From NCBI GenBank assembly GCA_964401295.1, contig CAYNXX010000003.1:1-63927 (forward strand): a DNA stretch of 63,927 bases, given 5' to 3'. Source of the stretch: an uncultured Candidatus Saccharibacteria bacterium. Lineage in GTDB: Bacteria > Patescibacteriota > Minisyncoccia > Minisyncoccales > CAYJUL01. This document shows, piece by piece, positions 1 to 8,923 of the stretch (positions within the stretch are counted from its first letter, which is position 1; each line of letters starts with the position of its first letter). Made by a program: the position numbers and the translations under genes. The notes under the pieces were generated by a model. It ran no database searches, had not been told where the DNA came from, and was given only the letters and a program-made list of their open reading frames with translations.

Positions 1-1115
1 CAAAATATGCGTATATCGCCCCAACTTACAAGATGGCTAAAAGTGTTGCCTGGGGTATTCTGAAAAAATATACAAGATTTCCTGGTGTGATATGCAAGGA
101 GTCTGAGCTGACGGTAAGTTTTCCGGGCGGATCGAAAATAACGCTATACGGCGCAGAGAATCCGGATCGGCTGAGGGGTATTGGATTAAGCGGTGTTGTG
201 TTCGACGAATACGGCATGCAACCAAACAATATCTTCACGGAAGTAATCCGCCCGACATTACTGGAAAATGGAGGTTATGGAATTTGGATCGGAACACCGA
301 AAGGCAGAAATGAATTTTATCTGCTGTATGAAACGCGCAAAAATGACAGCGAGTGGTTCACCTGCCATTTAACCGTAGATGATACCGGAGTCATTGATCA
401 GAAAGAAATAGAAAATTCAAGAAAAACCATGTCGCATGAAGAATTCATGCAGGAACTTTACTGTTCATTCAATTCTTCTGCGAAGGGTGCGGTTTATGCG
501 TTGCAACTAGAGCGAGCGAGAAAGGATAATCGAATAGGAACCGTTCCATGGCAACGCGAACACAAGGTTTACACGGTTTGGGATATCGGTGTTGGACCGG
601 CAATGGCCGTCGGATTTTATCAGCGGATCGGTGCAATGATGCACATGATTGATTATTGGCAAGGAACTGAAAATGACGGGATCGATCAAGCGGTTCAAGC
701 AGTGAAAAGAAAAGAGTATAACTACGGATTGAATTTTGCTCCGCACGATATCAATGCCCGAGAAACTAGCACCGGAAAATCAAGGCTGGATTTTGCCAAA
801 GATCTTGGACTGCCATTCAGTGTTATTGAGCCAAATAGGGTAGACGACGGAATCCAGGTGGGTCAATTTATGTTTGACAGACTGATGATCGATAAAGAAA
901 AATGTGCGCTGTGGATCGATGCGATTTCCGAATACAAGCGTGAATGGGACGAAAAAAGGAATATGTTCAGGGAAATTCCGTATCATAACTGGACTTCCCA
1001 TGCCGCCGACGTCCACCGCTATGCGGCTCTAGTTGAGAATAAAATGGATGATGGCTATGACAACTATTACGGCGACATACAGGTAAAGGAACCGAACTAC
1101 GATCCTTATTATTAA
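1..1115 (+). CDS. terL: Phage terminase large subunit, 5'-truncated by the window edge
   Basis: The frame is open from nt 3 (KYAYIAPTYK precedes the tracked Met at 33). It has a Walker-B-like VVFDEYG, then a nuclease-half-like C-terminus (WDIGV..., HDINARE). The Walker A region is not in the window. Confidence 0.8.
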   Translation, partial: KYAYIAPTYKMAKSVAWGILKKYTRFPGVICKESELTVSFPGGSKITLYGAENPDRLRGIGLSGVVFDEYGMQPNNIFTEVIRPTLLENGGYGIWIGTPKGRNEFYLLYETRKNDSEWFTCHLTVDDTGVIDQKEIENSRKTMSHEEFMQELYCSFNSSAKGAVYALQLERARKDNRIGTVPWQREHKVYTVWDIGVGPAMAVGFYQRIGAMMHMIDYWQGTENDGIDQAVQAVKRKEYNYGLNFAPHDINARETSTGKSRLDFAKDLGLPFSVIEPNRVDDGIQVGQFMFDRLMIDKEKCALWIDAISEYKREWDEKRNMFREIPYHNWTSHAADVHRYAALVENKMDDGYDNYYGDIQVKEPNYDPYY

Positions 1116-1191
1116 GAAAAACTAGGGATTTTGGGGCAAAAAGTTATCAACTCGGGACGCTCTGGACTCCTTTTAAGGACTGCGTCATCCA

Positions 1192-2541
1192 TTGTGTTGT
1201 ATGGAAAATACAACATTTACGGCTGGTTTGGGGAGCATTAAGGGGCAGACTGCTCAAATACAGCCGACCAAAATCAAATACTGCCTTTATGCAAGAAAAA
1301 GCACTGAGAGCGAGGAAAGGCAAATCCTGTCTATTGATAGCCAGGTAAAAGAGATGATGCAACTCGCCGAGCGAGAAGGTCTTGATATTGCCGAAATCAA
1401 GCGTGAGTCGCACTCGGCAAAAGACACCGGGCAAAGGCCGATCTTCAACGAGATAATTGAGGAAATTCGCCAAAACAAATTTAACGGAATACTGACTTGG
1501 GCGCCGGACCGCATCAGCAGAAATGCCGGGGATCTCGGCAGGATTGTCGATTTGATGGATCAGAAACTGCTGGTTGAAATACGCACTTTCAGCCAAAGAT
1601 TTACCAATAACCCGAATGAGAAATTTCTTCTTATGATTTTGGGATCGCAGGCCAAGCTGGAAAACGACAATAGGGGCATTAATGTAAAGCGCGGACTGCG
1701 GACAAGAGTTGAAATGGGATTGTGGCCGGGAGTGGCCCCACTGGGATATCTCAATCAAAAATTAATGGACCGCAAATGTCAGATTATCGTTGATCAGGCG
1801 CGCGCCCCCATAATCAAAAAGATGTTTGAGAAAGTAGCGTATGAACAATATTCAGGCCGGAAGCTTTATAACTGGCTCAAGTTTGAGCTGAATTTTTACA
1901 CGCGAGGCAATAAGCCGCTGACGCTTTCGGGAGTTTACCGCATACTCGACAATACGTTCTACTACGGACCGTTCGAATATCCAGAAAAGAGCGGCAATTG
2001 GTATCAAGGAAAACATCAGCCGCTGATTACCCAAGAACTTTTTGAAAAAGCCAAGGCACAATTAAAACGCGACCAGATAGTCAGAGAAAATAAAGAATTT
2101 GCTTTTACGAAATTATTTACCTGCGGTTACTGCGGATCGGGCATATCCGCCGAAGAAAAATGGAAACCGCTTAAAGACGGCACATCGGCTCACTATATTT
2201 ATTACGGTTGCAGCCGGGCAAGAGATCGGAACTGCAAAAACAAATATATCCGGGAAGAAGAACTGATTGATGAGCTTTTAAAGATTATGGACAAAGTTAA
2301 TATCAATGAACTCGGCATGAGGCACAAGCTCGAGGATGAGATCAGACGATTCAATAAACTGCAAAAGATTGTGAACGGCCGAAGCGGAAAAGCGCTTGTC
2401 GAAGAAAACGATGTGAATATCCGCCAATATGCCAAATACTTATTAAAAGAAGGCAGCGTATCAGATAAGCGCGAACTACTGGCGAATTTAAGAAGCAGAC
2501 TGAATTACAAAGACAAGAAAATCACTTTGATCGAGGAATAG
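1192..2541 (+). CDS. Large serine recombinase (phage-type integrase)
   Basis: N-terminal resolvase catalytic motif YARKSTESEERQ..SIDSQ; recombinase domain; Zn-ribbon CGYCGSG...YYGCSRARDRNC; C-terminal coiled-coil-like tail. The true start may be the ATG at 1201. Confidence 0.85.
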   Translation: MCCMENTTFTAGLGSIKGQTAQIQPTKIKYCLYARKSTESEERQILSIDSQVKEMMQLAEREGLDIAEIKRESHSAKDTGQRPIFNEIIEEIRQNKFNGILTWAPDRISRNAGDLGRIVDLMDQKLLVEIRTFSQRFTNNPNEKFLLMILGSQAKLENDNRGINVKRGLRTRVEMGLWPGVAPLGYLNQKLMDRKCQIIVDQARAPIIKKMFEKVAYEQYSGRKLYNWLKFELNFYTRGNKPLTLSGVYRILDNTFYYGPFEYPEKSGNWYQGKHQPLITQELFEKAKAQLKRDQIVRENKEFAFTKLFTCGYCGSGISAEEKWKPLKDGTSAHYIYYGCSRARDRNCKNKYIREEELIDELLKIMDKVNINELGMRHKLEDEIRRFNKLQKIVNGRSGKALVEENDVNIRQYAKYLLKEGSVSDKRELLANLRSRLNYKDKKITLIEE

Positions 2542-2553
2542 ATCAAAACAAAA

Positions 2554-2579
2554 AAGAGCGACGCGAATCGTTCTTTTTT
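2554..2579 (+). terminator. Putative intrinsic terminator after the recombinase gene
   Basis: 8-bp stem (AAGAGCGA / TCGTTCTT, one G-U pair) followed by a T6 run, 13 nt after the stop. Confidence 0.4.
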
Positions 2580-2652
2580 GTTCAACTTTTTATAGGCAAT
2601 CGGGTCACAGCTCACTCGCTATCATTCGGGTCATGCCGATAAAAAATTGTCT

Positions 2653-2740
2653 TGGCGGAGGGGGTGGGATTCGAACCCACGAGCCCCTTGCGGGGCACGG
2701 CGCTCCAGGCCGTTCCGTTAGGCCACTCCGGCACCCCTCC
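2653..2740 (-). tRNA. tRNA-Ser (anticodon GGA), long variable arm, CCA encoded
   Basis: The reverse complement folds as a cloverleaf: acceptor GGAGGGG/CCCCTCC, anticodon stem ACGGC/GCCGT with loop CUGGAGC, long variable arm, T-arm GTGGG-TTCGAAT-CCCAC, 3' GCCA. Confidence 0.93.
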
Positions 2741-2773
2741 CATCAAATAGCACTATTTTATTTTTATAATGTT

Positions 2774-3304
2774 TTATCTCGGCACCTCGGAAATAAGCTG
2801 AGCTAAAAGAGAATGTTGAGCGAAAAATTTATGGGCGAAAAGCTTGAGCAAAACCACGAAATCTTCTATTTCATCGCGCAATGATTCCGGTCCTGCGAAA
2901 ATTTCTAAAAATTCTTTTACCGCATATTTGGCAAAATTATGCAGCAATTCTCTATTCGCAGTTTCTTCAAGATAGGCAATAATTTTTTTGAATTCTCCTC
3001 TATCGAGCCACACACCATAACAAATATTGCAAAGATCAACATTTATTTTGCTTTCGCCATAAACGACTTCGTAAAGCGGCAGGCGATCAACAGGACAAAG
3101 CTTTTGTCCGGATGAGACATGAAACTTATGCTCTTTTTCCCATAAATCAGTATCCAGCCATTTTAAATTCTCATCCTTATCATCCTTTGCCCAACGAAGT
3201 TCTTCTTCCTCAAACCACATGCCAAGACAATTCGGACAATAATCAATTTCTACGTTATTTAATATGGCCTTTTCAAGTTTTATTTTACAAACCGGACAAT
3301 TCAC
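2774..3304 (-). CDS. Zinc-ribbon protein with two TFIIB-type zinc-finger modules
   Basis: CPVCK...CPNCLGMWFEEEEL and CPVDR...CNICYGVWLDRGEF repeats. Confidence 0.6.
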   Translation of the reverse strand: MNCPVCKIKLEKAILNNVEIDYCPNCLGMWFEEEELRWAKDDKDENLKWLDTDLWEKEHKFHVSSGQKLCPVDRLPLYEVVYGESKINVDLCNICYGVWLDRGEFKKIIAYLEETANRELLHNFAKYAVKEFLEIFAGPESLRDEIEDFVVLLKLFAHKFFAQHSLLAQLISEVPR

Positions 3305-3318
3305 AAATGTTTATAGAT

Positions 3319-4233
3319 TTAAACTTTTAAATCCTGTAGCGCTTTTATTCTTTCCTCTATTGGCGGATGGGTCATAAATAGTTTACGTAGCCACGACTCT
3401 TTTTGTTTGCCTTTAATCGGGTCTGAAATATAAAGATGCGCCGTAGCATTTGTCGCCGCGCGCAGTGGCGTAGGGTCCTGCGAGATTTTTTCAAGTGCTC
3501 TTATAAGGCCGTCGGGGTATCTTGTAAGCAGAGCGCCCGAAGCATCAGCCAGAAACTCGCGCTTGCGAGATATGGCAAGACGCAGCATGGTTGCAGCTAT
3601 AGGCGCCAAAATTGCTACTAAAAAAGATAGGGCTATGAATAAAATTTGCAGTTGTGATCCTTCGCGTTCTTCATCGCGCCTGCCGCCAAGCCCGCCCCAA
3701 AAAGCCAATCTGAAAAAGAAATCGCTGGCAACGGCGATGACGCCAGCTAGTACTACGGCGATGGCGGAAATAAGCATGTCACGGTTGCCGATGTGCGAAA
3801 GTTCGTGGGCTATGACTCCTTCTAGCTCCACTCTTTCAAGACGGTTTAATAATCCGCGCGTTACCGCGACCACGGCGTGTTTCGGATTACGACCCGTGGC
3901 AAAAGCGTTCGGCGCGTCCTCTTCAATAATATATATTTTCGGCATCGGCAAACCCGCGGTAATGATGAGGTTTTCAACCACACGGTAAAGCTCGGGCGCA
4001 TCCTCTTTTGCAATTGGTTTAGCGCGGCTCATTGCCAAAACAAGTTTATCAGAATACCAGTAGCTGCCGAAACTCATAAGCACGCTGAATATGACCGCGA
4101 TCCACAGTATCCCCGTAGAATTCATGAAGTAACTCAGCGCCCATCCAAAACCAATAACCAAAACCAAAAAAGCAGTCAAATACAGCCACGTCTTATAAAC
4201 ATTGCTTTCCGCGTAAGTATATAGTGTTGCCAT
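3319..4233 (-). CDS. htpX: Zinc metalloprotease HtpX (peptidase M48)
   Basis: HELSHIGNRD (HExxH), multiple TM segments, THPPIEERI C-terminal motif. Confidence 0.9.
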   Translation of the reverse strand: MATLYTYAESNVYKTWLYLTAFLVLVIGFGWALSYFMNSTGILWIAVIFSVLMSFGSYWYSDKLVLAMSRAKPIAKEDAPELYRVVENLIITAGLPMPKIYIIEEDAPNAFATGRNPKHAVVAVTRGLLNRLERVELEGVIAHELSHIGNRDMLISAIAVVLAGVIAVASDFFFRLAFWGGLGGRRDEEREGSQLQILFIALSFLVAILAPIAATMLRLAISRKREFLADASGALLTRYPDGLIRALEKISQDPTPLRAATNATAHLYISDPIKGKQKESWLRKLFMTHPPIEERIKALQDLKV

Positions 4234-4431
4234 ATTGTTTTCAACTAAAAAACTGCATGGGAATTATTATCGATAAATTTCCTACTAAACTAATAATGCA
4301 TAATCTGTATCCTATTTTGGCTGAATTGATTTTGCTCGTTTGCAATTTTAAGGCGAATAGTCCGGAACATAAACCAACTAACTGTAAAAGTTATAGTAAT
4401 CATGGTCGTAATAACACCATAAGTATTTAAA

Positions 4432-4986
4432 TTAAAACTGAACCTTCACAGGCGCTTTTGCAGCTTCTTCTTCCAGCTCAAAAAACTGTTCTTCTTTAAA
4501 ACCTAATGTACGCGCGAAAAGTATATCCGGGAAAGTTTGGATTTTGGTATTGTAGTCGCGCACATTGCCGTTGTAAAAACGCCTCGCGGCCTGGATTTTA
4601 TCTTCGGTATCGCGAAGCTCCTGCTGAAGCTCCAGAAAATTTTGCGACGCCTTAAGTTCGGGGTAATTCTCCGAAACCGCAAAAAGAGTTTTAAGAGTTC
4701 CCGTCAGTATATTTTCCGCCTCCGCCCGCTCGCCCGGGGCCTTCGCGCCCATTGCCATAGTTCTCGCCTCGGTTACTTTTTCAAAAACCTCGCGCTCGTG
4801 CGCGGCGTAACCCTTAACCGTTTCCACCAGATTCGGAATCAAGTCGTAACGGCGTTTTAATTGGACGTCTATGTCCGACCACGCTTCTTTTATGCGGTTG
4901 CGAAGCGTAATCAAACTATTATACATAAATATCGCCCAAACGAAGAAAAGACCGGCAATAATTAAGATTATTTTAAATATATCCAT
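4432..4986 (-). CDS. lemA: LemA family membrane protein
   Basis: N-terminal TM segment then YNSLITLRNRIKEAWSDIDVQLKRRYDLIPNLVETVKGYAAHE, a typical LemA signature. Confidence 0.9.
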   Translation of the reverse strand: MDIFKIILIIAGLFFVWAIFMYNSLITLRNRIKEAWSDIDVQLKRRYDLIPNLVETVKGYAAHEREVFEKVTEARTMAMGAKAPGERAEAENILTGTLKTLFAVSENYPELKASQNFLELQQELRDTEDKIQAARRFYNGNVRDYNTKIQTFPDILFARTLGFKEEQFFELEEEAAKAPVKVQF

Positions 4987-5079
4987 ATTTTTAAATTATT
5001 AATTTAAAACTGACCTTTATATCTTTTGCCACATTTATTTTATGGCTTTTTTGGGACTAAGTCAAACCCGCAATAGATC

Positions 5080-5108
5080 TTGACCGATTAACTAAAACGT
5101 GCTATTTT
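5080..5108 (+). promoter_or_regulatory. Putative sigma70-type promoter for the 5163 ORF
   Basis: TTGACC (5080-5085), 17-bp spacer, TATTTT (5103-5108). Confidence 0.3.
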
Positions 5109-5162
5109 TATGGGCTGCGCCGAAGCTCCTTAAACAACCAAACAAAAAAGAGGAGAAGACAA

Positions 5163-5675
5163 ATGACAACGGAAGAGAGAAATGACCTTTCGCCATTTGA
5201 CGCCTGTTTGGCTGCGCGAAAGCTCGCCCGAAAAATTGGCGACGAAGAATGGAAGAAGGGCAATACGAAATACGCCCTTGAGGCGTATGAAGCTGCCGGC
5301 ATCAATCCTGTAGAATTGCTAAACTTTGCACAGAATCTTCTAACCGCAGAAGGCCTTACTATTGAATGGACGGATGCTTTTAGGGCCGCACAACAGTTGC
5401 CGCGGGGCAAAGAAGGGACCCATACGAACGCCCCAAATTGTCCGCAGGACTCATGCAAAAAGTGCATTCGCTGCAGAACGATTGAAGAGCTTTGGAATGC
5501 ATATTCTTCTCGCATTCGCGAAACTCTCGGCTGGAGCAAAAACACATTTCTTGACATGAATAGCGCGCCATTGCGCGCCGCGGCCGTAGCGTGTCTCAAG
5601 CTAATCAAACGTCTTTCGGTAGATTGGCCCGACATCTATAAAAAAGGGCTGGAGTCTGCAGTCGAACATTCCTAA
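5163..5675 (+). CDS. Hypothetical protein (GC-elevated orphan gene with a Cys cluster, CPQDSCKKCIRC)
   Basis: Strong SD (AAGAGGAGAAG) 5 nt before the ATG, followed by a clean terminator. No family recognised. Confidence 0.6.
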   Translation: MTTEERNDLSPFDACLAARKLARKIGDEEWKKGNTKYALEAYEAAGINPVELLNFAQNLLTAEGLTIEWTDAFRAAQQLPRGKEGTHTNAPNCPQDSCKKCIRCRTIEELWNAYSSRIRETLGWSKNTFLDMNSAPLRAAAVACLKLIKRLSVDWPDIYKKGLESAVEHS

Positions 5676-5728
5676 ATAAATTAATCGGCCGGCAGGCGCA
5701 GCTTCAAAGCCGGCAAAAAATAAAAATC

Positions 5729-5757
5729 AAAGAGGCGACGAAGTCGCCTCTTTTTGC
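5729..5757 (+). terminator. Intrinsic terminator of the 5163 ORF
   Basis: AAAGAGGCGAC-GAA-GTCGCCTCTTT hairpin followed by a T-run. Confidence 0.7.
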
Positions 5758-5783
5758 TGAATATTTATTTTATTTAAAGCGAT

Positions 5784-5822
5784 GCCGCCCCGCGCCTTTT
5801 GCCACAAAAGGCGCGGGGCGGC
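5784..5822 (-). terminator. Very stable GC-rich hairpin downstream of groEL
   Basis: Perfect 17-bp stem GCCGCCCCGCGCCTTTT / AAAAGGCGCGGGGCGGC with a 5-nt loop, 15 nt after the groEL stop. No strong U-run follows. Confidence 0.5.
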
Positions 5823-5837
5823 ATATCAATCGCTTGT

Positions 5838-7481
<1,644 letters not shown>

Positions 7482-7624
7482 TTATGGAGCATCCGGAGGC
7501 AAAATTACTTGGTTTACCGCCTTGATCGGGAAAATTTTGCCGAGGGATATGGGCAAGTTTTGCTGCTGGAGTAAAACGAGCGGCTCCTAAAAATTAAGTT
7601 TTCCGAATATTAATTCCTATTATA

Positions 7625-7915
7625 TTATTCTACGATCGCCAAGACGTCTTCTTCTTTGGCAATTAGATATTCTTTGCCATCTATTTTAATTTCATTTGGC
7701 CCATATTTGGTAAAAAGAACTTTGTCCCCTTCTTTAAGTCCCATCGGAATAAGTTTTCCTTCTTCTGTCTTTCTGCCGGGTCCAATGGCAATAACCTTAC
7801 CGCGCTCCGGCCTTTCCTTTTCCGCGGTATCAGGCAACAAAATCCCCCCTTTTGTTTTTTCTTCTTCCTTGAGCGGCTCAATTAAAATGTGATCCGCAAG
7901 TGGTTTTATTTTCAT
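7625..7915 (-). CDS. groES: Co-chaperonin GroES (Cpn10)
   Basis: MKIKPLADHILIEP...GGILLPDTAKE..., 96 aa. Confidence 0.97.
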   Translation of the reverse strand: MKIKPLADHILIEPLKEEEKTKGGILLPDTAEKERPERGKVIAIGPGRKTEEGKLIPMGLKEGDKVLFTKYGPNEIKIDGKEYLIAKEEDVLAIVE

Positions 7916-7992
7916 TTTTTTATTTTTTATTTATTTTTTGTTTTTTTGCTAATTACGACCTTTCCCTTCGACAAACTCATGTAAATCTTAAA

Positions 7993-8019
7993 ATAGCAAT
8001 CTAATAGCTTAAGTGCTAA
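7993..8019. promoter_or_regulatory. CIRCE-like inverted repeat (possible HrcA operator) upstream of groES
   Basis: ATAGCAATC-N9-AAGTGCTAA versus consensus TTAGCACTC-N9-GAGTGCTAA (7/9 and 8/9 matches). It lies just downstream of a minus-strand TTGCAA-N17-AGTAAT promoter-like pair. Confidence 0.5.
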
Positions 8020-8088
8020 TTACTACTTTTTGATATTAATTTTGCAAGGGCATCATGTCAAGACCCCCCGCCCGCGCATAAACTTTAC

Positions 8089-8116
8089 TTGACAAATATA
8101 GTGTCTCTGATATAAT
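8089..8116 (+). promoter_or_regulatory. Near-consensus sigma70 promoter for the ClpP-like gene
   Basis: TTGACA (8089-8094), 16-bp spacer, TATAAT (8111-8116). An AAGGAG SD sits 8 nt before the ATG at 8159. Confidence 0.55.
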
Positions 8117-8158
8117 TTAGCATCGGTTCTCTCCCAACTTAATACAAGGAGCGCTAGG

Positions 8159-8896
8159 ATGGACGAAGAAATGGAAGAAATCATCGGCTCGTTCTCCTTT
8201 TCAAAACCGTTTCCTAAAAATCCTCGTGTTCTCTCCTTGCGGGGAATAATTCCGCAATGCAACGCTCCCGAATATGAACTTTTTGATAAGTTCCTCTGGG
8301 AACTGGTAAGATTGGACCAGGTGTCTAATTCTCCAATAATTCTTGTCCTGCACAGCTTCGGTGGAAATGTCGAAAGCCTCATCTCGTTTTGCGACTTTAC
8401 GTCAATGATCTCATCGCCTCTTTATACCATCGCCCAGCAGGCTTACAGCGGCGCTGGAATAATGCTTGTATGCGGAACATACGGACATCGTTATGTCTTT
8501 CCGAGCACGATGATTATTTTACATAATGCCCATGCAACCACCAAATGTCTCGCACATAATGGAGAAAACAATACGCCATATTCCAACGAAAAAGAAACAG
8601 AAAACAGCAGTAAGTGCCGAAACTGTAAACTCATAGAAAGATCGCTTGCTATAACCAACCACGAAGTGGCGCTTTTGCTTGACGAACGCACTCGTGGAAG
8701 ATTCTTTGAATTCTTTGATGGCGCGAATGCCCCGAAACATAAGCCAAGCGCGGAAAAGCGCGCCAGGCGCATAACTGCAATTTTAAAGGAGGATCGCCTT
8801 CTTACCGCCACTGAAGCAATCGCTTGCGGCGTTGCTGATAAAATCATCACTCCCGAAATATTTCACGAACTCTTCTATCCCAAAGCCCAGGAATGA
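8159..8896 (+). CDS. Divergent ClpP-like serine protease (S14 family) with an insertion
   Basis: LHSFGGNVES aligns to INSPGG, QQAYSGAG to GQAASMGA (Ser kept), IILHNA to IMIHQP (His kept), and EDRLLTATEAIACGVADKI to RDRFLSAPEAVEYGLVD (Asp kept). An extra segment of about 40 aa containing three Cys lies between His and Asp. Confidence 0.7.
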   Translation: MDEEMEEIIGSFSFSKPFPKNPRVLSLRGIIPQCNAPEYELFDKFLWELVRLDQVSNSPIILVLHSFGGNVESLISFCDFTSMISSPLYTIAQQAYSGAGIMLVCGTYGHRYVFPSTMIILHNAHATTKCLAHNGENNTPYSNEKETENSSKCRNCKLIERSLAITNHEVALLLDERTRGRFFEFFDGANAPKHKPSAEKRARRITAILKEDRLLTATEAIACGVADKIITPEIFHELFYPKAQE

Positions 8897-8923
8897 TCCC
8901 GGGCTTTTACATTTTTGTTATCG

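Larger units (their letters stand above)
1..2652 (+). mobile_element. Right end of an integrated phage-like element (terL plus serine integrase) abutting the 3' end of tRNA-Ser
   Basis: Two phage hallmark genes lie directly next to the 3' end of a tRNA gene. The rest of the element lies outside the window. Confidence 0.55.

Noticed and set aside
2600-2633. 8-bp direct repeat TCGGGTCA (2600 and 2626) between the integrase gene and tRNA-Ser as an att site
   Set aside because: It is too short to distinguish from chance, and serine-integrase att sites are imperfect inverted repeats around a central dinucleotide. It cannot be evaluated without the other element end.
4224-4430. 68-aa ORF filling the htpX-lemA spacer
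   Set aside because: It has no SD, an AT-rich low-information sequence, and an orientation opposite to both neighbours. It is more likely promoter or UTR DNA for htpX.
5108-5635. 175-aa minus-strand ORF overlapping the 5163-5675 plus-strand ORF
   Set aside because: It has no SD or promoter, whereas the plus-strand ORF has a strong SD, a promoter-like element and a terminator. It is a shadow ORF typical of GC-elevated sequence.
8053-8382. 109-aa minus-strand ORF across the ClpP-like gene start
   Set aside because: It covers the near-consensus plus-strand promoter, the SD and the 5' end of a recognisable ClpP-like gene, and shows no family resemblance.
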